A DNA stretch of 64,000 nucleotides from Kiritimatiellia bacterium (GTDB taxonomy: Bacteria; Verrucomicrobiota; Kiritimatiellia; RFP12; JAAYLN01), in contig JAZQOA010000019.1 of NCBI GenBank assembly GCA_045627605.1, forward strand, positions 124-64,123, read 5' to 3'. Shown piece by piece: positions 17,591 to 27,625 of the stretch (the stretch's first letter is position 1; every line of letters starts with the position of its first letter). The notes under the pieces are model-generated. The model worked only from the letters and a program-made list of their open reading frames with translations, ran no database searches and had not been told where the DNA came from. The translations under genes were made by a program, and so were the position numbers.

Positions 17591-18131
17591 CGCAATTGGC
17601 GGCGGCGGGGCGCGGGGGCTTTTGCCTTTCCCGAACCGCCTCGTATTTGAGCGGTGTTTCGGCGGCGATGAGTTCGCCGGGTTCGGTCTGGGGCGTTTCG
17701 TATTCGGGCAGTACGCCGCCCGTTATGGCCGCGTAGAGCTTGGCCAGCGTCACGTCGCGGACGAATTGGCGGAGTTCGCATTCCCAGACGACGAAGAGCC
17801 GCCAGCCCATTTCCGCCCATTGCCTTTCGTGAAGGGCGTCGCGTTCGACATTGCGCCTGAACTTCTCGCTCCAGAACTTGACGTGCGACTTCGGCGTTGT
17901 CGCCACCTTGCATCCCGGGTGACGGTGCCAGAAGCAGCCGCGCACCTCGATGATGGCCTTGTATTTCGGGAGTACGACGTCGGGGTGTCCGGGCAGCATC
18001 TTCACGTTGACGCGGAAGCGGAGCCCGCGCGAAAAAAGATAGTGGCGGACGATCAGTTCGGGCTTGGTGTCCTTGCTGTGGATTTTGCTCATCGTGAGGC
18101 TGCGTTCCTCAACTGTAAGCGTATCGGTCAT
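17571..18131 (-). CDS. vsr: very short patch repair endonuclease
   Basis: 186 aa. SKIHSKDTKPE, FRVNVKMLPGHPDVVLPKYKAIIEVRGCFWHRHPGC, FWSEKFRRNVERD and WRLFVVWECEL align residue for residue with E. coli Vsr. About 45 extra C-terminal residues. The 3' end overlaps the permease 3' end by 20 nt. Confidence 0.85.
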   Translation of the reverse strand: MTDTLTVEERSLTMSKIHSKDTKPELIVRHYLFSRGLRFRVNVKMLPGHPDVVLPKYKAIIEVRGCFWHRHPGCKVATTPKSHVKFWSEKFRRNVERDALHERQWAEMGWRLFVVWECELRQFVRDVTLAKLYAAITGGVLPEYETPQTEPGELIAAETPLKYEAVRERQKPPRPAAANCATRPRS

Positions 18132-18184
18132 GCGCCTATTTTACCATATTTTGATATAATAAAGGACTCGTTTGGGAGAACAAA

Positions 18185-19567
18185 ATGGGAAAAAACAGGT
18201 TTTTCACGGCGGTTGCCGTGGCGGCTGCGTGTGCCGGCTTGGTCGTCGGCGCCGAAGAGCAGGGTTGGATTCTGGGGGGCGACCTGAGGGTGCGCCAGGA
18301 AGCGATGGACAACATCCCCGGCCATCCGGGCGATCCGTCGTCGCCGTATCCGACGGCTTCGGGGAAGAACCTCAACTGGATTCGCTACAGGCCACGCCTC
18401 TGGACGGGGTATTCGGGCGAAAACAGCGGTTTCTATTTCCGCGTGGCGGACGAAATGCGCGAGACCATCGTCCGCCACGGGAAGTCCCGCAAGGACTGCT
18501 CGTATAGCTTCCCCGACGAAATCGTCGTCGACAACCTCTACCTCTACTTCAATGGGCTGTGGGATGGCCTGGTCGACGTCAAGGCCGGTCGGCAGGACTT
18601 CGTCGACGGTGGGCGCCCGGCCTTCGGCGCGGGACGCCTCCTCATGGACGGCACCGGCTACGACGGGTCGCGCACCTCGTATTTCGACGCCTTGCGGTTG
18701 ACGTTCCACCTGACGGAGAAGTCAACCCTTGACGTCTTCGGCATCTACAACGACGGGCAAAACCCCCTGCGCCTCGGCCACCCGACGCCCTCGCCGCGCG
18801 CCGCCAACGCCATCGATCCCCGCGACAGCGACGAGATGGACGAGTTCGGCGGCGGCCTCTACTACAAGGGCAGGGAACTTGGCGACGACTTCCCGTGCGA
18901 GATCTACTACGTCTTCAAGCGGGAAACCCCGTTCCACCGCCTCGGCGAGCGCCAGCCCGGCCGCGACACGCATACGGTTGGTGCGCGCCTGACGCCGCGC
19001 CTTTCCGAAACGCTCACGGCGGAGTTCGAAGGCGCGTTCCAGCTTGGCGAAAAGGACAATGGCGCCGACGTTTCGGGCGCGATGGGTTTCGCGGGGCTCA
19101 CCTATAGTCCCGTGGCGGAGGCCGGCAGTCCGCGTCCCTTCTTCAACGCCTCCGTCTACTACCTTTCAGGCGACAGCCGGCGCGGCGCGGAAGACCGCGA
19201 CACAAGCTGGAATCCGCTTTGGGGGCGCTGGCCGCAGTGCAGCGAGATGCTGGTGTACGGCCCGCTCTACGGCCTGGGCTACTGGTCGAACATGACGTAT
19301 CCTTCGCTGGGTGCCGGACTCGACATCGCGCCGCGCCACCGTCTCAACGCCTACGCAGGCCCGATGTTCTGCGCGGTGCAGGACGGCCTTGGCGGCGGCG
19401 ACGAGATGTACAAGGGGCTTTTGGGCGTGGCGCGCTACGACTTCCCCATCCTGCGCGAGCACAATCTCTTCGGCCATGTCCTCGCCGAAGTTTTCGAGCC
19501 TGGCGACTACTATGTGACGGACAAGACCGCCTACTTCCTCCGCTGGGAACTTTCCGTGGCGTTCTAA
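18185..19567 (+). CDS. putative outer-membrane beta-barrel protein (alginate-export/porin-like)
   Basis: 460 aa. Signal peptide MGKNRFFTAVAVAAACAGLVVGA, aromatic-rich alternating strands, C-terminal ...LRWELSVAF ending in Phe. Family assignment unverified. Confidence 0.6.
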   Translation: MGKNRFFTAVAVAAACAGLVVGAEEQGWILGGDLRVRQEAMDNIPGHPGDPSSPYPTASGKNLNWIRYRPRLWTGYSGENSGFYFRVADEMRETIVRHGKSRKDCSYSFPDEIVVDNLYLYFNGLWDGLVDVKAGRQDFVDGGRPAFGAGRLLMDGTGYDGSRTSYFDALRLTFHLTEKSTLDVFGIYNDGQNPLRLGHPTPSPRAANAIDPRDSDEMDEFGGGLYYKGRELGDDFPCEIYYVFKRETPFHRLGERQPGRDTHTVGARLTPRLSETLTAEFEGAFQLGEKDNGADVSGAMGFAGLTYSPVAEAGSPRPFFNASVYYLSGDSRRGAEDRDTSWNPLWGRWPQCSEMLVYGPLYGLGYWSNMTYPSLGAGLDIAPRHRLNAYAGPMFCAVQDGLGGGDEMYKGLLGVARYDFPILREHNLFGHVLAEVFEPGDYYVTDKTAYFLRWELSVAF

Positions 19568-19590
19568 GGCGGACGCAACGGGTTATGCAC

Positions 19591-19630
19591 GAGGCGCGGC
19601 CGGCATCCGGCCGCGCCTCGCTTGTTTTTT
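19591..19630 (+). terminator. rho-independent terminator after the OMP gene
   Basis: Perfect 13-bp stem GAGGCGCGGCCGG (19591-19603) / CCGGCCGCGCCTC (19607-19619), 3-nt loop, followed by GCTTGTTTTTT. Confidence 0.8.
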
Positions 19631-19650
19631 CCCGTGGTCGGAAATAAAAC

Positions 19651-19679
19651 TTGCACAAATTTCCGTCCTGTAGTATACT
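19651..19679 (+). promoter_or_regulatory. sigma70-like promoter of the str (rpsL) operon
   Basis: TTGCAC (19651-19656), 17-nt spacer, TATACT (19674-19679). About 215 nt upstream of the rpsL ATG. Confidence 0.5.
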
Positions 19680-19739
19680 TGATGAATGCGCTGTAAGAGG
19701 AACAGGATGTCCGGGTCAGCGCTTAAAAACTGAATCAGC

Positions 19740-19810
19740 GGCATTTGCGGCCGAAAGAAAGCAGATGCCCGAAGCGGTCGGCTCCGGTATGGCCGACCGG
19801 AATAATTTTT
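19740..19810 (+). promoter_or_regulatory. structured rpsL 5' leader: two hairpins, the second terminator-like
   Basis: Hairpin 1: GGCATTTGC (19740-19748) / GCAGATGCC (19761-19769). Hairpin 2: CGGTCGGC (19775-19782) / GCCGACCG (19792-19799), followed by GAATAATTTTT. Confidence 0.35.
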
Positions 19811-19899
19811 ACGTTGCGCGTAAATGTTATTTGCCATGTCATGCCGGGTGTGGTAAACTACTTGTCCTCTTTTTCCAAAAGGGAAGGAACAAAAAACCA

Positions 19900-20310
19900 A
19901 TGCCTACAATCAACCAACTTGTGCGCAAAGGGCGCAAGCAGCTGACGAACAAGTCGAAGTCGCCGGCTCTCAAGAGCTGCCCCCAGCGGCGTGGCGTGTG
20001 CCTGCTCGTCAAGACGCAGACGCCGAAGAAGCCTAACTCCGCCTTGCGCAAGGTCGCCCGCGTACGTCTCACGACGGGCTACGAAGTGACCGCCTACATC
20101 CCCGGCGAAGGTCACAACCTCCAGGAGCACAGCGTCGTGCTGGTTCGCGGCGGCCGTGTGAAGGATCTTCCTGGCGTCCGCTACCACATTGTCCGCGGCA
20201 CGCTCGACTCCCTCGGCGGGGCGGGCCCCTCCAACACCAACAAGCTCGAGCGTCACGTCAGCCGTTCCAAGTACGGCGTCAAGCGCCCGAAAGCCGGCGC
20301 CAAGAAGTAA
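19900..20310 (+). CDS. rpsL: 30S ribosomal protein S12
   Basis: 136 aa from ATG 19900. [53 protein letters not shown]. Confidence 0.95.
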   Translation: MPTINQLVRKGRKQLTNKSKSPALKSCPQRRGVCLLVKTQTPKKPNSALRKVARVRLTTGYEVTAYIPGEGHNLQEHSVVLVRGGRVKDLPGVRYHIVRGTLDSLGGAGPSNTNKLERHVSRSKYGVKRPKAGAKK

Positions 20311-20328
20311 TTGAGCGAGGATTGAAAC

Positions 20329-20799
20329 ATGTCCAGAAGGCGTAAAACATTCAAGCGCGGGATCACGCCCGATCCCAAGTACAACAGCGAGCTCGTCGCG
20401 AAGGTCATCCGCACGATCATGAAGAGCGGCAAGATGACGACGGCGGAGCGCATCGTCTATGGCGCGATCGAGGAGATCGGCGAGAAGACCGGCGAGGACG
20501 CCCTCCAGGTGCTCGACACGGCGATCGGCAACATGAAGCCGAAAGTCGAGGTCAAGTCGCGCCGCGTCGGCGGCACGACCTACCAGGTCCCGGTCGAGAT
20601 CCGTCCCGCCCGCCAGCTCGCGATGGCCCTCCGCTGGGTGCTCCAGTACGCCGGCGCCCGCCGCGGCATGCCCATGCCGAAGGCCGTGGCGGCCGAGCTT
20701 CTCGAGGCCTACAAGGGCGAGGGCAACGTCATCAAGAAGCGTGACGACACCCACCGCATGGCCCAGGCCAACAAGGCGTTTGCGCACTACGCGTGGTAA
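20329..20799 (+). CDS. rpsG: 30S ribosomal protein S7
   Basis: 156 aa. MSRRRK...DPKYNSELVAKVIRTIMKSGK, VEVKSRRVGGTTYQVPVE, ...AFAHYAW. Confidence 0.95.
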   Translation: MSRRRKTFKRGITPDPKYNSELVAKVIRTIMKSGKMTTAERIVYGAIEEIGEKTGEDALQVLDTAIGNMKPKVEVKSRRVGGTTYQVPVEIRPARQLAMALRWVLQYAGARRGMPMPKAVAAELLEAYKGEGNVIKKRDDTHRMAQANKAFAHYAW

Positions 20800-20805
20800 T
20801 CCGAG

Positions 20806-22923
20806 ATGAGCCAGAACGCGAATAGCACCAAGACAACCGGGAAGGACGGCGCGGCCGCCCTTTCCGGTCGTCTTGCCGCCATTCGCAACATCGGCATCAT
20901 CGCCCACATCGATGCGGGCAAGACGACCACGACGGAGCGGATCCTCTATTACACCGGCGCCTCCCACCGCATCGGCATCGTCGACGACGGCAACACGGTG
21001 ACGGACTGGATGGAGCAGGAGCGCGAGCGCGGCATCACGATTACGAGCGCCGCGATTACCTGCCAGTGGAAGGATTGCCAGATCAACATCATCGACACCC
21101 CGGGCCACGTGGACTTCACCATCGAGGTTGAGCGCTCCCTGCGCGTCCTCGACGGCGCCGTCGCGGTCTTCTGCGCCGTCGGCGGCGTGCAGCCCCAGTC
21201 CGAGACCGTCTGGCGCCAGGCCGACCGCTACGGGGTGCCGCGCATCGTCTTCGTCAACAAGATGGACCGCATGGGCGCCGACTTCTCCAAGGCCGTCGAA
21301 GAGATCCGCACGAAGCTCGGCGCCGTTCCCGCGCTCATGTCCCTTCCCTGGGGCGCGGCGGACGATTTCAAGGGAACGATCGACCTTCTCTCGATGAAGG
21401 CGCTCGTCTACTCGGAGAGCGACAACGGCTCAACGGTCGAGGCGCGCGACATCCCCGCGGAACTCTGCGACGAGGCAGCCGCAGCGCGGGCCGAGATGGT
21501 CGAGCTCATCGCGGGCGACGACGAGGAGCTGATCGAAGCCTACCTCGAGAATCCCGACCTTCCGGCCGAAAAGCTGATCCCGGCGATACGCCGGGCCACG
21601 ATTGCCGGAAGAGTCGTCCCCGTTTTTTGCGGCACGTCGCTCCGCAACAAGGGCGTTCAGCCGCTCCTCGACGGGATTGTCAACTATCTTCCCTCGCCTC
21701 TCGACCGCAAGGCTGTCGAAGGCGCGGATCTCAAGAGCGGCGAGCCGGTGACGCGCGAGTGCACCGATCCGCTTCTCTCCAGCCTTGTCTTCAAGATCGC
21801 CACCGACGCCTACGTCGGCCGCCTTTTCTTCGTCCGCGTCTATTCGGGCGTGCTCAAGAAGGGGCAGAACGTCTTCAATCCCCGCACCCGCAAGCGCGAG
21901 CGCATCCTCAAGCTCGTCAGGCTCCATGCCGACGAGCAGATCGAAGTCGAGGAGCTCGGCCCGGGCGAGATCGGCGCCATCGTCGGCCTCAAAGGCGCGA
22001 CGACGGGCGATACGCTCACGGCGGAGATGAAGCCGCTGGTTCTCGAGAGCATCACCGCTCCGGAGCCTGTGATGTTCATGGCGATCGAGCCCAAGTCGAG
22101 GGCCGACCGCGACAAGCTGGCCGAGTCCCTTGCCGAGCTTGCGGCAGAAGACCCGACGTGCGTCATCCGCGAGGACGCCGAAAGCGGGCAGACCATTTTG
22201 AGCGGAATGGGCGAGTTGCACCTCGAGATCCTGGTGGACCGCCTGCGCCGCGAGTTCCATGTGGCGGCCAACACGGGCAAGCCCATGGTTTCCTACTACG
22301 AGACTGTCACGGCACACGGCGCCGGCACGGCAGTCTTCGACCGTGAAATCGCGGGCAAGCGTTTGTTCGCGCAGGTCGCGGTCGAAATCGACCCCCGGAA
22401 GCGTGGGGAAGGCATCGTGGCGGACGCCAAGAACGCGTGCCGCGGTCTTCCCGACGAGCTTGCGGAGGCCGTCGAAGCGGGACTCACGGACGGCGTGAGC
22501 ACGGGTGTGCTTGCGCGGTATCCGATGATGGATCTTGCAGTCCGGGTGACCGGTGTCGAGATGGGCGAGCCCGAAAGCGCTTCGCCCGTCGCGTTTCGGT
22601 CTGCGGCGGTCATGGCTTTTCGCGAAGCCGCGACCGCGGCGGCGCCCGAGCTGCTCGAGCCGATCATGAGGCTCGTCATCGTGACTCCCGCCGAACATGT
22701 CGGCGAGGTCATCGGTGATGTCAACGCGCGCCGCGGACAGGTGCGCGACATGGAGGAACGGGGCGACACGAAGGTCGTGTCGGCCGAAGTTCCGCTGGCG
22801 GAGCTCTTTGGCTATTCAACGGCCATCAGGTCGCTTTCGCGCGGTCGCGCGAGCTACACGATGGAACCCGGCGAATTTGCCGTCGCGCCCCGCACGGTCA
22901 GGGAACAGTTGTTAAACAGGTAA
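20806..22923 (+). CDS. fusA: elongation factor G
   Basis: 705 aa. G motifs [17 protein letters not shown] and NKMD, with EF-G domains II-V. Confidence 0.95.
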   Translation: MSQNANSTKTTGKDGAAALSGRLAAIRNIGIIAHIDAGKTTTTERILYYTGASHRIGIVDDGNTVTDWMEQERERGITITSAAITCQWKDCQINIIDTPGHVDFTIEVERSLRVLDGAVAVFCAVGGVQPQSETVWRQADRYGVPRIVFVNKMDRMGADFSKAVEEIRTKLGAVPALMSLPWGAADDFKGTIDLLSMKALVYSESDNGSTVEARDIPAELCDEAAAARAEMVELIAGDDEELIEAYLENPDLPAEKLIPAIRRATIAGRVVPVFCGTSLRNKGVQPLLDGIVNYLPSPLDRKAVEGADLKSGEPVTRECTDPLLSSLVFKIATDAYVGRLFFVRVYSGVLKKGQNVFNPRTRKRERILKLVRLHADEQIEVEELGPGEIGAIVGLKGATTGDTLTAEMKPLVLESITAPEPVMFMAIEPKSRADRDKLAESLAELAAEDPTCVIREDAESGQTILSGMGELHLEILVDRLRREFHVAANTGKPMVSYYETVTAHGAGTAVFDREIAGKRLFAQVAVEIDPRKRGEGIVADAKNACRGLPDELAEAVEAGLTDGVSTGVLARYPMMDLAVRVTGVEMGEPESASPVAFRSAAVMAFREAATAAAPELLEPIMRLVIVTPAEHVGEVIGDVNARRGQVRDMEERGDTKVVSAEVPLAELFGYSTAIRSLSRGRASYTMEPGEFAVAPRTVREQLLNR

Positions 22924-22934
22924 GCGGTAAAAGC

Positions 22935-23243
22935 ATGCAAAGTCAGCGCATACGCATAAGGTTGCAGGCCTATGATCACAGGGTTTTGGATCAGGCCGTA
23001 GTCAGCATAATCGACACCGCCCGCGGTTCGGGCGCCCGTGTCGTCGGTCCGGTCCCCCTGCCCACGCGCATCGAGCGTTGGACTGTCAACCGCAGTCCCC
23101 ACGTCGACAAGAAGTCGATGGATCAGTTCGAAATGCGCACCCACAAGCGTCTGGTCGACATCGTCAGCCCGACGGCGAAGACGGTTGACGAGCTCAAGAA
23201 GCTCAACCTCCCCGCTGGCGTCGATATTTCGATCCGCGTCTAA
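22935..23243 (+). CDS. rpsJ: 30S ribosomal protein S10
   Basis: 102 aa. [16 protein letters not shown]..., [20 protein letters not shown]. Confidence 0.95.
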   Translation: MQSQRIRIRLQAYDHRVLDQAVVSIIDTARGSGARVVGPVPLPTRIERWTVNRSPHVDKKSMDQFEMRTHKRLVDIVSPTAKTVDELKKLNLPAGVDISIRV

Positions 23244-23265
23244 TCCGAACAGGCGGTGAAACACG

Positions 23266-23895
23266 ATGAATGGTTTAATTGGCAAGAAGGTAGGCATGAC
23301 CCAGGTGTGGGACGCCGAGGGCCGCAGGGTCCCCGTCACGGTGCTTGAGGTCGGTCCCTGCCCCGTCGTCCAGGTCAAGACCAAGGACGGCAAGGATGGT
23401 TATGACGCGGTGCAGGTCGGTTTCGGGGCGCAGAAGCCCCAGCGCCTCACCAAGGCGGTTCGCACGCGCTTCGAGAAGGCGGGTGTCGCGCCTTGCGCCG
23501 AGCTCCATGAGTTCGATGCCGAGGGTGACGCCGTCAAGGTGGGCGACACGCTTGGCGTGGATGTTTTCGATGGCACGGCGCTCGTCGATGTCACTGCGAT
23601 TTCCAAGGGCCGCGGCTTTGCCGGCGTCGTCAGGCGCTGGGGCATGGGCGGCGGCCCCCACGGCCACGGCGGCCACAGCAAGAGGCGTATCGGCTCCATC
23701 GGCGAGCGCGATCTCCCCGGCTGGGTGGCCAAGGGCAAGCACATGCCCGGCCACATGGGCGCGGTCAAGGTGACGGCCCGCAACCTTGCGGTCGTCCAGG
23801 TCCGCAAGGACGACAATGTACTGCTTGTTCGCGGTGCGGTTCCGGGCCCTTCGGGCGCGACCGTCATCGTGCGCAAGGCACTGAAGAAGGCGTAA
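23266..23895 (+). CDS. rplC: 50S ribosomal protein L3
   Basis: 209 aa. GLIGKKVGMTQVW..., ISKGRGFAGVVRRW. Confidence 0.95.
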   Translation: MNGLIGKKVGMTQVWDAEGRRVPVTVLEVGPCPVVQVKTKDGKDGYDAVQVGFGAQKPQRLTKAVRTRFEKAGVAPCAELHEFDAEGDAVKVGDTLGVDVFDGTALVDVTAISKGRGFAGVVRRWGMGGGPHGHGGHSKRRIGSIGERDLPGWVAKGKHMPGHMGAVKVTARNLAVVQVRKDDNVLLVRGAVPGPSGATVIVRKALKKA

Positions 23896-23899
23896 TCCA

Positions 23900-24535
23900 A
23901 TGAGCAAGATCAAATCATTCAGCGCAGAAGGCGTAGCCGCCGGCGAGATTGACTTCGCGGACGAGCTCCTCACGCTCGACAAGGGCGACCAGGCCGTCAA
24001 GGACGTTGTCGTCGCAACGCTCGCGGCCCGTCGCGCCGGTTCCGCGTCGACGCTCGGCAAGGGCGAGGTCAGCGGCACCAACAGAAAGCCCTGGAAGCAG
24101 AAGGGCACCGGCCGCGCCCGCGGCGGCTTCACCCGCTCCCCCGTGTGGGTTGGCGGCGGCGTCGCCATGGGGCCGAAGCCGCATGGCTACGACAAGAAGG
24201 TCAACCAGAAGGTCGCGCAACTCGCGTTTCGCCGTGCTCTCAGCGCGCACATCGCCGACGGCAAGGTCTCCGTCATCGACGCGCTCCCGCAGGATGGCAA
24301 GACCAAGACCATGGCCGCGCTCGTGAAGAAGACGGGCCTTGAAGGCCGCGTCCTCGTCGTCACGGACAAGTTCGACGAGAAGATCGAGCTCGCCATCCGC
24401 AACATCCCCACGGTCGAAGTTCTCACCGCGAAGCAGGTCGACGTCTACTCGCTCCTCCAGGCTCGCGCGGTTCTCGCCACGAAGGAGGGCTTTGAGATTC
24501 TCAAGGCCCGCATGGGCAAGGAGGTGGCGGCATGA
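23900..24535 (+). CDS. rplD: 50S ribosomal protein L4
   Basis: 211 aa. KPWKQKGTGRARGGFTRSPVWVGGGVAMGPKP. Confidence 0.95.
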   Translation: MSKIKSFSAEGVAAGEIDFADELLTLDKGDQAVKDVVVATLAARRAGSASTLGKGEVSGTNRKPWKQKGTGRARGGFTRSPVWVGGGVAMGPKPHGYDKKVNQKVAQLAFRRALSAHIADGKVSVIDALPQDGKTKTMAALVKKTGLEGRVLVVTDKFDEKIELAIRNIPTVEVLTAKQVDVYSLLQARAVLATKEGFEILKARMGKEVAA

Positions 24536-24810
24536 AGCACGCCGACGTGATAAAGAAGGTGCAGGTGTCGGAGAAGGGCACGCTGCTTGCCGAGGCCAAC
24601 CAGTATGTCGTCGAGGTTGCGCCCGAGGCCAACAAAATCGAGATCCGCAGGGCTGTCGAGGCCACGTTTGGCGTCCATGTCCTCGCGGTGAACACCCAGA
24701 ACTACGCGGGCAAGAAGCGCATGCTCCGCAATCGCCAGGTCGTGCAGGCTTCGGACTGGAAGCGCGCGATTGTCACGCTTAAGGCCGGCGAGCGCATCGA
24801 GGCGGTCTAA
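24532..24810 (+). CDS. rplW: 50S ribosomal protein L23
   Basis: 92 aa. ATGA overlap with rplD. VSEKGT..., YVVEVAPEANKIEIRRAVE. Confidence 0.9.
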   Translation: MKHADVIKKVQVSEKGTLLAEANQYVVEVAPEANKIEIRRAVEATFGVHVLAVNTQNYAGKKRMLRNRQVVQASDWKRAIVTLKAGERIEAV

Positions 24811-24831
24811 CCGTCCGGGAGGCTACAGAAA

Positions 24832-25656
24832 ATGGGCTTGAAGAGTTACAAAGCAAGATCGGAGGGCTTGAGGTTCCGCGTTTCGCAGGACTTCAGCGAG
24901 CTCTCAAAGGTTCCTGCCGAGCGCGGCCTCACGGTCGCCAAGCGCAAGACCGCCGGCCGCAACAACCAGGGCCGCATCACGACCCGCCACAAGGGCGGCG
25001 GTGTCAAGCGCCGCTACCGCATCATCGATTTCCGCCGCGACAAGGTTGGCATCCCCGCCCGCGTCGCCACGATCGAGTACGATCCAAACCGCACGGCGAA
25101 CATCGCCCTTCTCAACTACCTTGACGGCGAGAAGCGCTACATCCTCGCCCCCGAAGGCCTCAAGGTCGGCCAGCTTCTGCTTTCCGGCCCCGATGCCGAG
25201 CCGAGCGTCGGCAATGCGCTCCCGCTCGCGAAGATCCCGCTGGGCATGTCCGTCCACGCGGTCGAGCTTACGCCTGGCAGCGGTGCCAAAATCGCCCGTA
25301 GCGCTGGCAACTCCTGCCAGATCCAGGCGAAGGACGGCGACTACGTCAGCCTCCGTCTTCCCTCCGGCGAAATCCGGCGCGTCCGCGCCAACTGCCTGGC
25401 CACCGTCGGCGCAGTCGGCAACGGCGAATGGGAAGGCGTCAAGTTCGGCAAGGCCGGGCGCAAGCGCCTGCTTGGCATTCGCCCGACGGTCCGCGGTGTC
25501 GCGATGAACCCTGTCGACCACCCGATGGGCGGTGGCGAAGGCCGTACTTCGGGCGGTTCGCACCCGCGTTCGCCGTGGGGCAAGCTCGCCAAGGGCGGCA
25601 AGACCCGCAAGCCGCGCAAGGCTTCGAACAAGGTCATAGTGAAGCGGAGGAAGTAA
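24832..25656 (+). CDS. rplB: 50S ribosomal protein L2
   Basis: 274 aa. [48 protein letters not shown]. Confidence 0.95.
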   Translation: MGLKSYKARSEGLRFRVSQDFSELSKVPAERGLTVAKRKTAGRNNQGRITTRHKGGGVKRRYRIIDFRRDKVGIPARVATIEYDPNRTANIALLNYLDGEKRYILAPEGLKVGQLLLSGPDAEPSVGNALPLAKIPLGMSVHAVELTPGSGAKIARSAGNSCQIQAKDGDYVSLRLPSGEIRRVRANCLATVGAVGNGEWEGVKFGKAGRKRLLGIRPTVRGVAMNPVDHPMGGGEGRTSGGSHPRSPWGKLAKGGKTRKPRKASNKVIVKRRK

Positions 25657-25659
25657 CAG

Positions 25660-25938
25660 ATGGGACGTTCAATCAAGAAGGGGCCTTACGTCGAGGCGAA
25701 GCTTCTCGCCAAGGCCGAGAAGATGAAGCAGCAGAGCCGTCCGCAGCCGATCAAGACCTGGTCGCGCCGCTCGATGATCCTGCCGGAGTTCGTGGGGCTC
25801 ACTTTCGCCGTCCACAACGGCAAGCAGCACGTCGCGGTTTTCGTCAACGAGAACATGGTCGGCCACAGGCTCGGGGAGTTCGCCCCCACCCGCCTCTTCA
25901 AGGCCCACGGCGCCACCACGGTCAAGGTAACCAAGTAA
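25660..25938 (+). CDS. rpsS: 30S ribosomal protein S19
   Basis: 92 aa. [11 protein letters not shown]..., [28 protein letters not shown]. Confidence 0.95.
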   Translation: MGRSIKKGPYVEAKLLAKAEKMKQQSRPQPIKTWSRRSMILPEFVGLTFAVHNGKQHVAVFVNENMVGHRLGEFAPTRLFKAHGATTVKVTK

Positions 25939-25954
25939 ATCCAGGTGAGCTGAC

Positions 25955-26296
25955 ATGGAAGTTTCCGCAATCACACGCAATGTGCGCCTTTCGGCCCAGA
26001 AGGGCCGTCCCCTGGCGCGCGAAGTACAGGGCAAGCCTGTTTCCGAGGCCCTGAACATCACGGCGTTCAGTCCGCTGAAGGCCGCGTTCCATCTCGAGAA
26101 GACGCTCAAGTCCGCCGTCGCCAACGCGGCCAACAACCATGGCCTCGACGTCGACACGCTTGTCGTCAAGCTCGCAGTTTTCGATGAGGGCACGCGCATG
26201 CGCCGTCACTGGCCCCGCGCCCGCGGCTCGGCAAGCCCGATCGCCCGTCGTCTGTGCCATGTCAAGGTCGTTCTGACCGACAACGTCAACAAGTAA
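25955..26296 (+). CDS. rplV: 50S ribosomal protein L22
   Basis: 113 aa. RLSAQKGRPLAREVQG..., RHWPRARGSASPIARRLCHVKVVL. Confidence 0.95.
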   Translation: MEVSAITRNVRLSAQKGRPLAREVQGKPVSEALNITAFSPLKAAFHLEKTLKSAVANAANNHGLDVDTLVVKLAVFDEGTRMRRHWPRARGSASPIARRLCHVKVVLTDNVNK

Positions 26297-26313
26297 TCAG
26301 GAAGGAGCCTAAC

Positions 26314-26991
26314 TTGGGACAGAAAGTTAATCCTATCGGCTTCAGAATCGCCCTTGACAAGCAGTGGCGTTCAAGGTGGTTCAGCGACAAGAAGCATTTC
26401 GGTGAGCTTCTCGCAGAGGATCAGAAGATCCGTGAGGCCGTCACGAAGGAACTCAAGGCCGCGGCGATTGCCAAGGTCGAGATCGAGCGCTACGCCAACC
26501 GCGTGCGCGTCAACATCTACTCCGCCCGCGCCGGCGTCATCGTCGGCAAGAAGGGCGGCACCGACGTCGACAAGCTTTCGCAGTCGCTTGCGAAGATGAC
26601 CGGCAAGCAGATCTACTTCGAGATCCACGAGGTCCGCGACGCCGATGTCAACGCCCAGCTTGTCGCGGAGAACATCGCCTCGCAGATCGAGCACCGCGTC
26701 GCCCTTCGCCGCGCCCTCAAGCGCGCCGAGAAGGTGGCCATGGACATGGGCATCGACGGCATCAAGGTGCGCTGCAGCGGTCGAATCAACAACGCAGAAC
26801 TTTCGCGCGTCGAGTGGAGCAAGGAGGGCAAGGTCCCCCTGCACACGCTTCGCGCCGACATTGAGTACGGCTTCGCCGAGGCCAACACCACCGCCGGCAA
26901 AATCGGCGTAAAGGTTTGGATTTGCAAGCCCGAAGACTTCAAGCCGCGGATTTCGCAGGCCAGGAGGAGAAACCATGCCCCTAATGCCTAA
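26314..26991 (+). CDS. rpsC: 30S ribosomal protein S3
   Basis: TTG start at 26314, 6 nt after GGAAGGAG. (L)[24 protein letters not shown] domain. The ORF-track ATG at 26254 lies inside rplV. Confidence 0.9.
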   Translation: MGQKVNPIGFRIALDKQWRSRWFSDKKHFGELLAEDQKIREAVTKELKAAAIAKVEIERYANRVRVNIYSARAGVIVGKKGGTDVDKLSQSLAKMTGKQIYFEIHEVRDADVNAQLVAENIASQIEHRVALRRALKRAEKVAMDMGIDGIKVRCSGRINNAELSRVEWSKEGKVPLHTLRADIEYGFAEANTTAGKIGVKVWICKPEDFKPRISQARRRNHAPNA

Positions 26992-27388
26992 GCGGGTCAA
27001 GTACCGCAAACAGACCAAAGGCAACCGCAAGGGTTTCGCCACGTCGGGCGCCACGCTCGCGTACGGCGACTACGGCGTGAAGGCGCTGACCCGCGGTTGG
27101 ATCAAGAGCACGCAGATCGAGGCCTGCCGTGTCGCCATGAACCGCTTCATGAAGCGCAAGGGCAAGCTTTGGGTCCGCATATTCCCCGACAAGCCCGTCA
27201 CGAAGAAGCCGATTGGCGTCCGAATGGGCGGCGGCAAGGGCAACCCGGAGTTCTGGGTCTCGGTCGTCATCCCGGGCAAGGTTCTCTTTGAGATCGGCGG
27301 CGTCCCCGAGGCGACGGCGCGCGAGTGCCTCCGCCTGGCCGACACCAAGCTCGGCATCAAGACGCAGCTTGTGACCCGCGCACACTAA
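26975..27388 (+). CDS. rplP: 50S ribosomal protein L16
   Basis: 137 aa (alternative ATG at 26984). [17 protein letters not shown]..., [11 protein letters not shown]. Overlaps the rpsC 3' end. Confidence 0.95.
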   Translation: MPLMPKRVKYRKQTKGNRKGFATSGATLAYGDYGVKALTRGWIKSTQIEACRVAMNRFMKRKGKLWVRIFPDKPVTKKPIGVRMGGGKGNPEFWVSVVIPGKVLFEIGGVPEATARECLRLADTKLGIKTQLVTRAH

Positions 27389-27399
27389 GGGTGACTAAC

Positions 27400-27417
27400 G
27401 CGCCCCGCGAGGGGCGC
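27400..27417 (+). other. GC stem with GNRA-type tetraloop directly upstream of the rpmC Shine-Dalgarno
   Basis: GCGCCCC (27400-27406), GCGA loop, GGGGCGC (27411-27417), followed by CGGAGCCAACAATG. Confidence 0.5.
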
Positions 27418-27428
27418 CGGAGCCAACA

Positions 27429-27623
27429 ATGAAAGCGAAAGAACTTAGAGAACTCGGCGCCGAGGAACTGGCGCAGAAGATTCGCGAGACCCGCCACGAG
27501 ATTTCCTCGATGCGCATGAGGAAGCTCAGTGGGGTCTCCGTAGAGAACTACGGCAAGATCCGCAACATGAGGCGCGATCTCGCCCGCATGCTGACGGTCG
27601 CAACCCAGCGGGGGATGAAGTAG
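27429..27623 (+). CDS. rpmC: 50S ribosomal protein L29
   Basis: 64 aa. MKAKELRELGAEELAQKIRETRHEISSMRM. Confidence 0.9.
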   Translation: MKAKELRELGAEELAQKIRETRHEISSMRMRKLSGVSVENYGKIRNMRRDLARMLTVATQRGMK

Positions 27624-27625
27624 CC

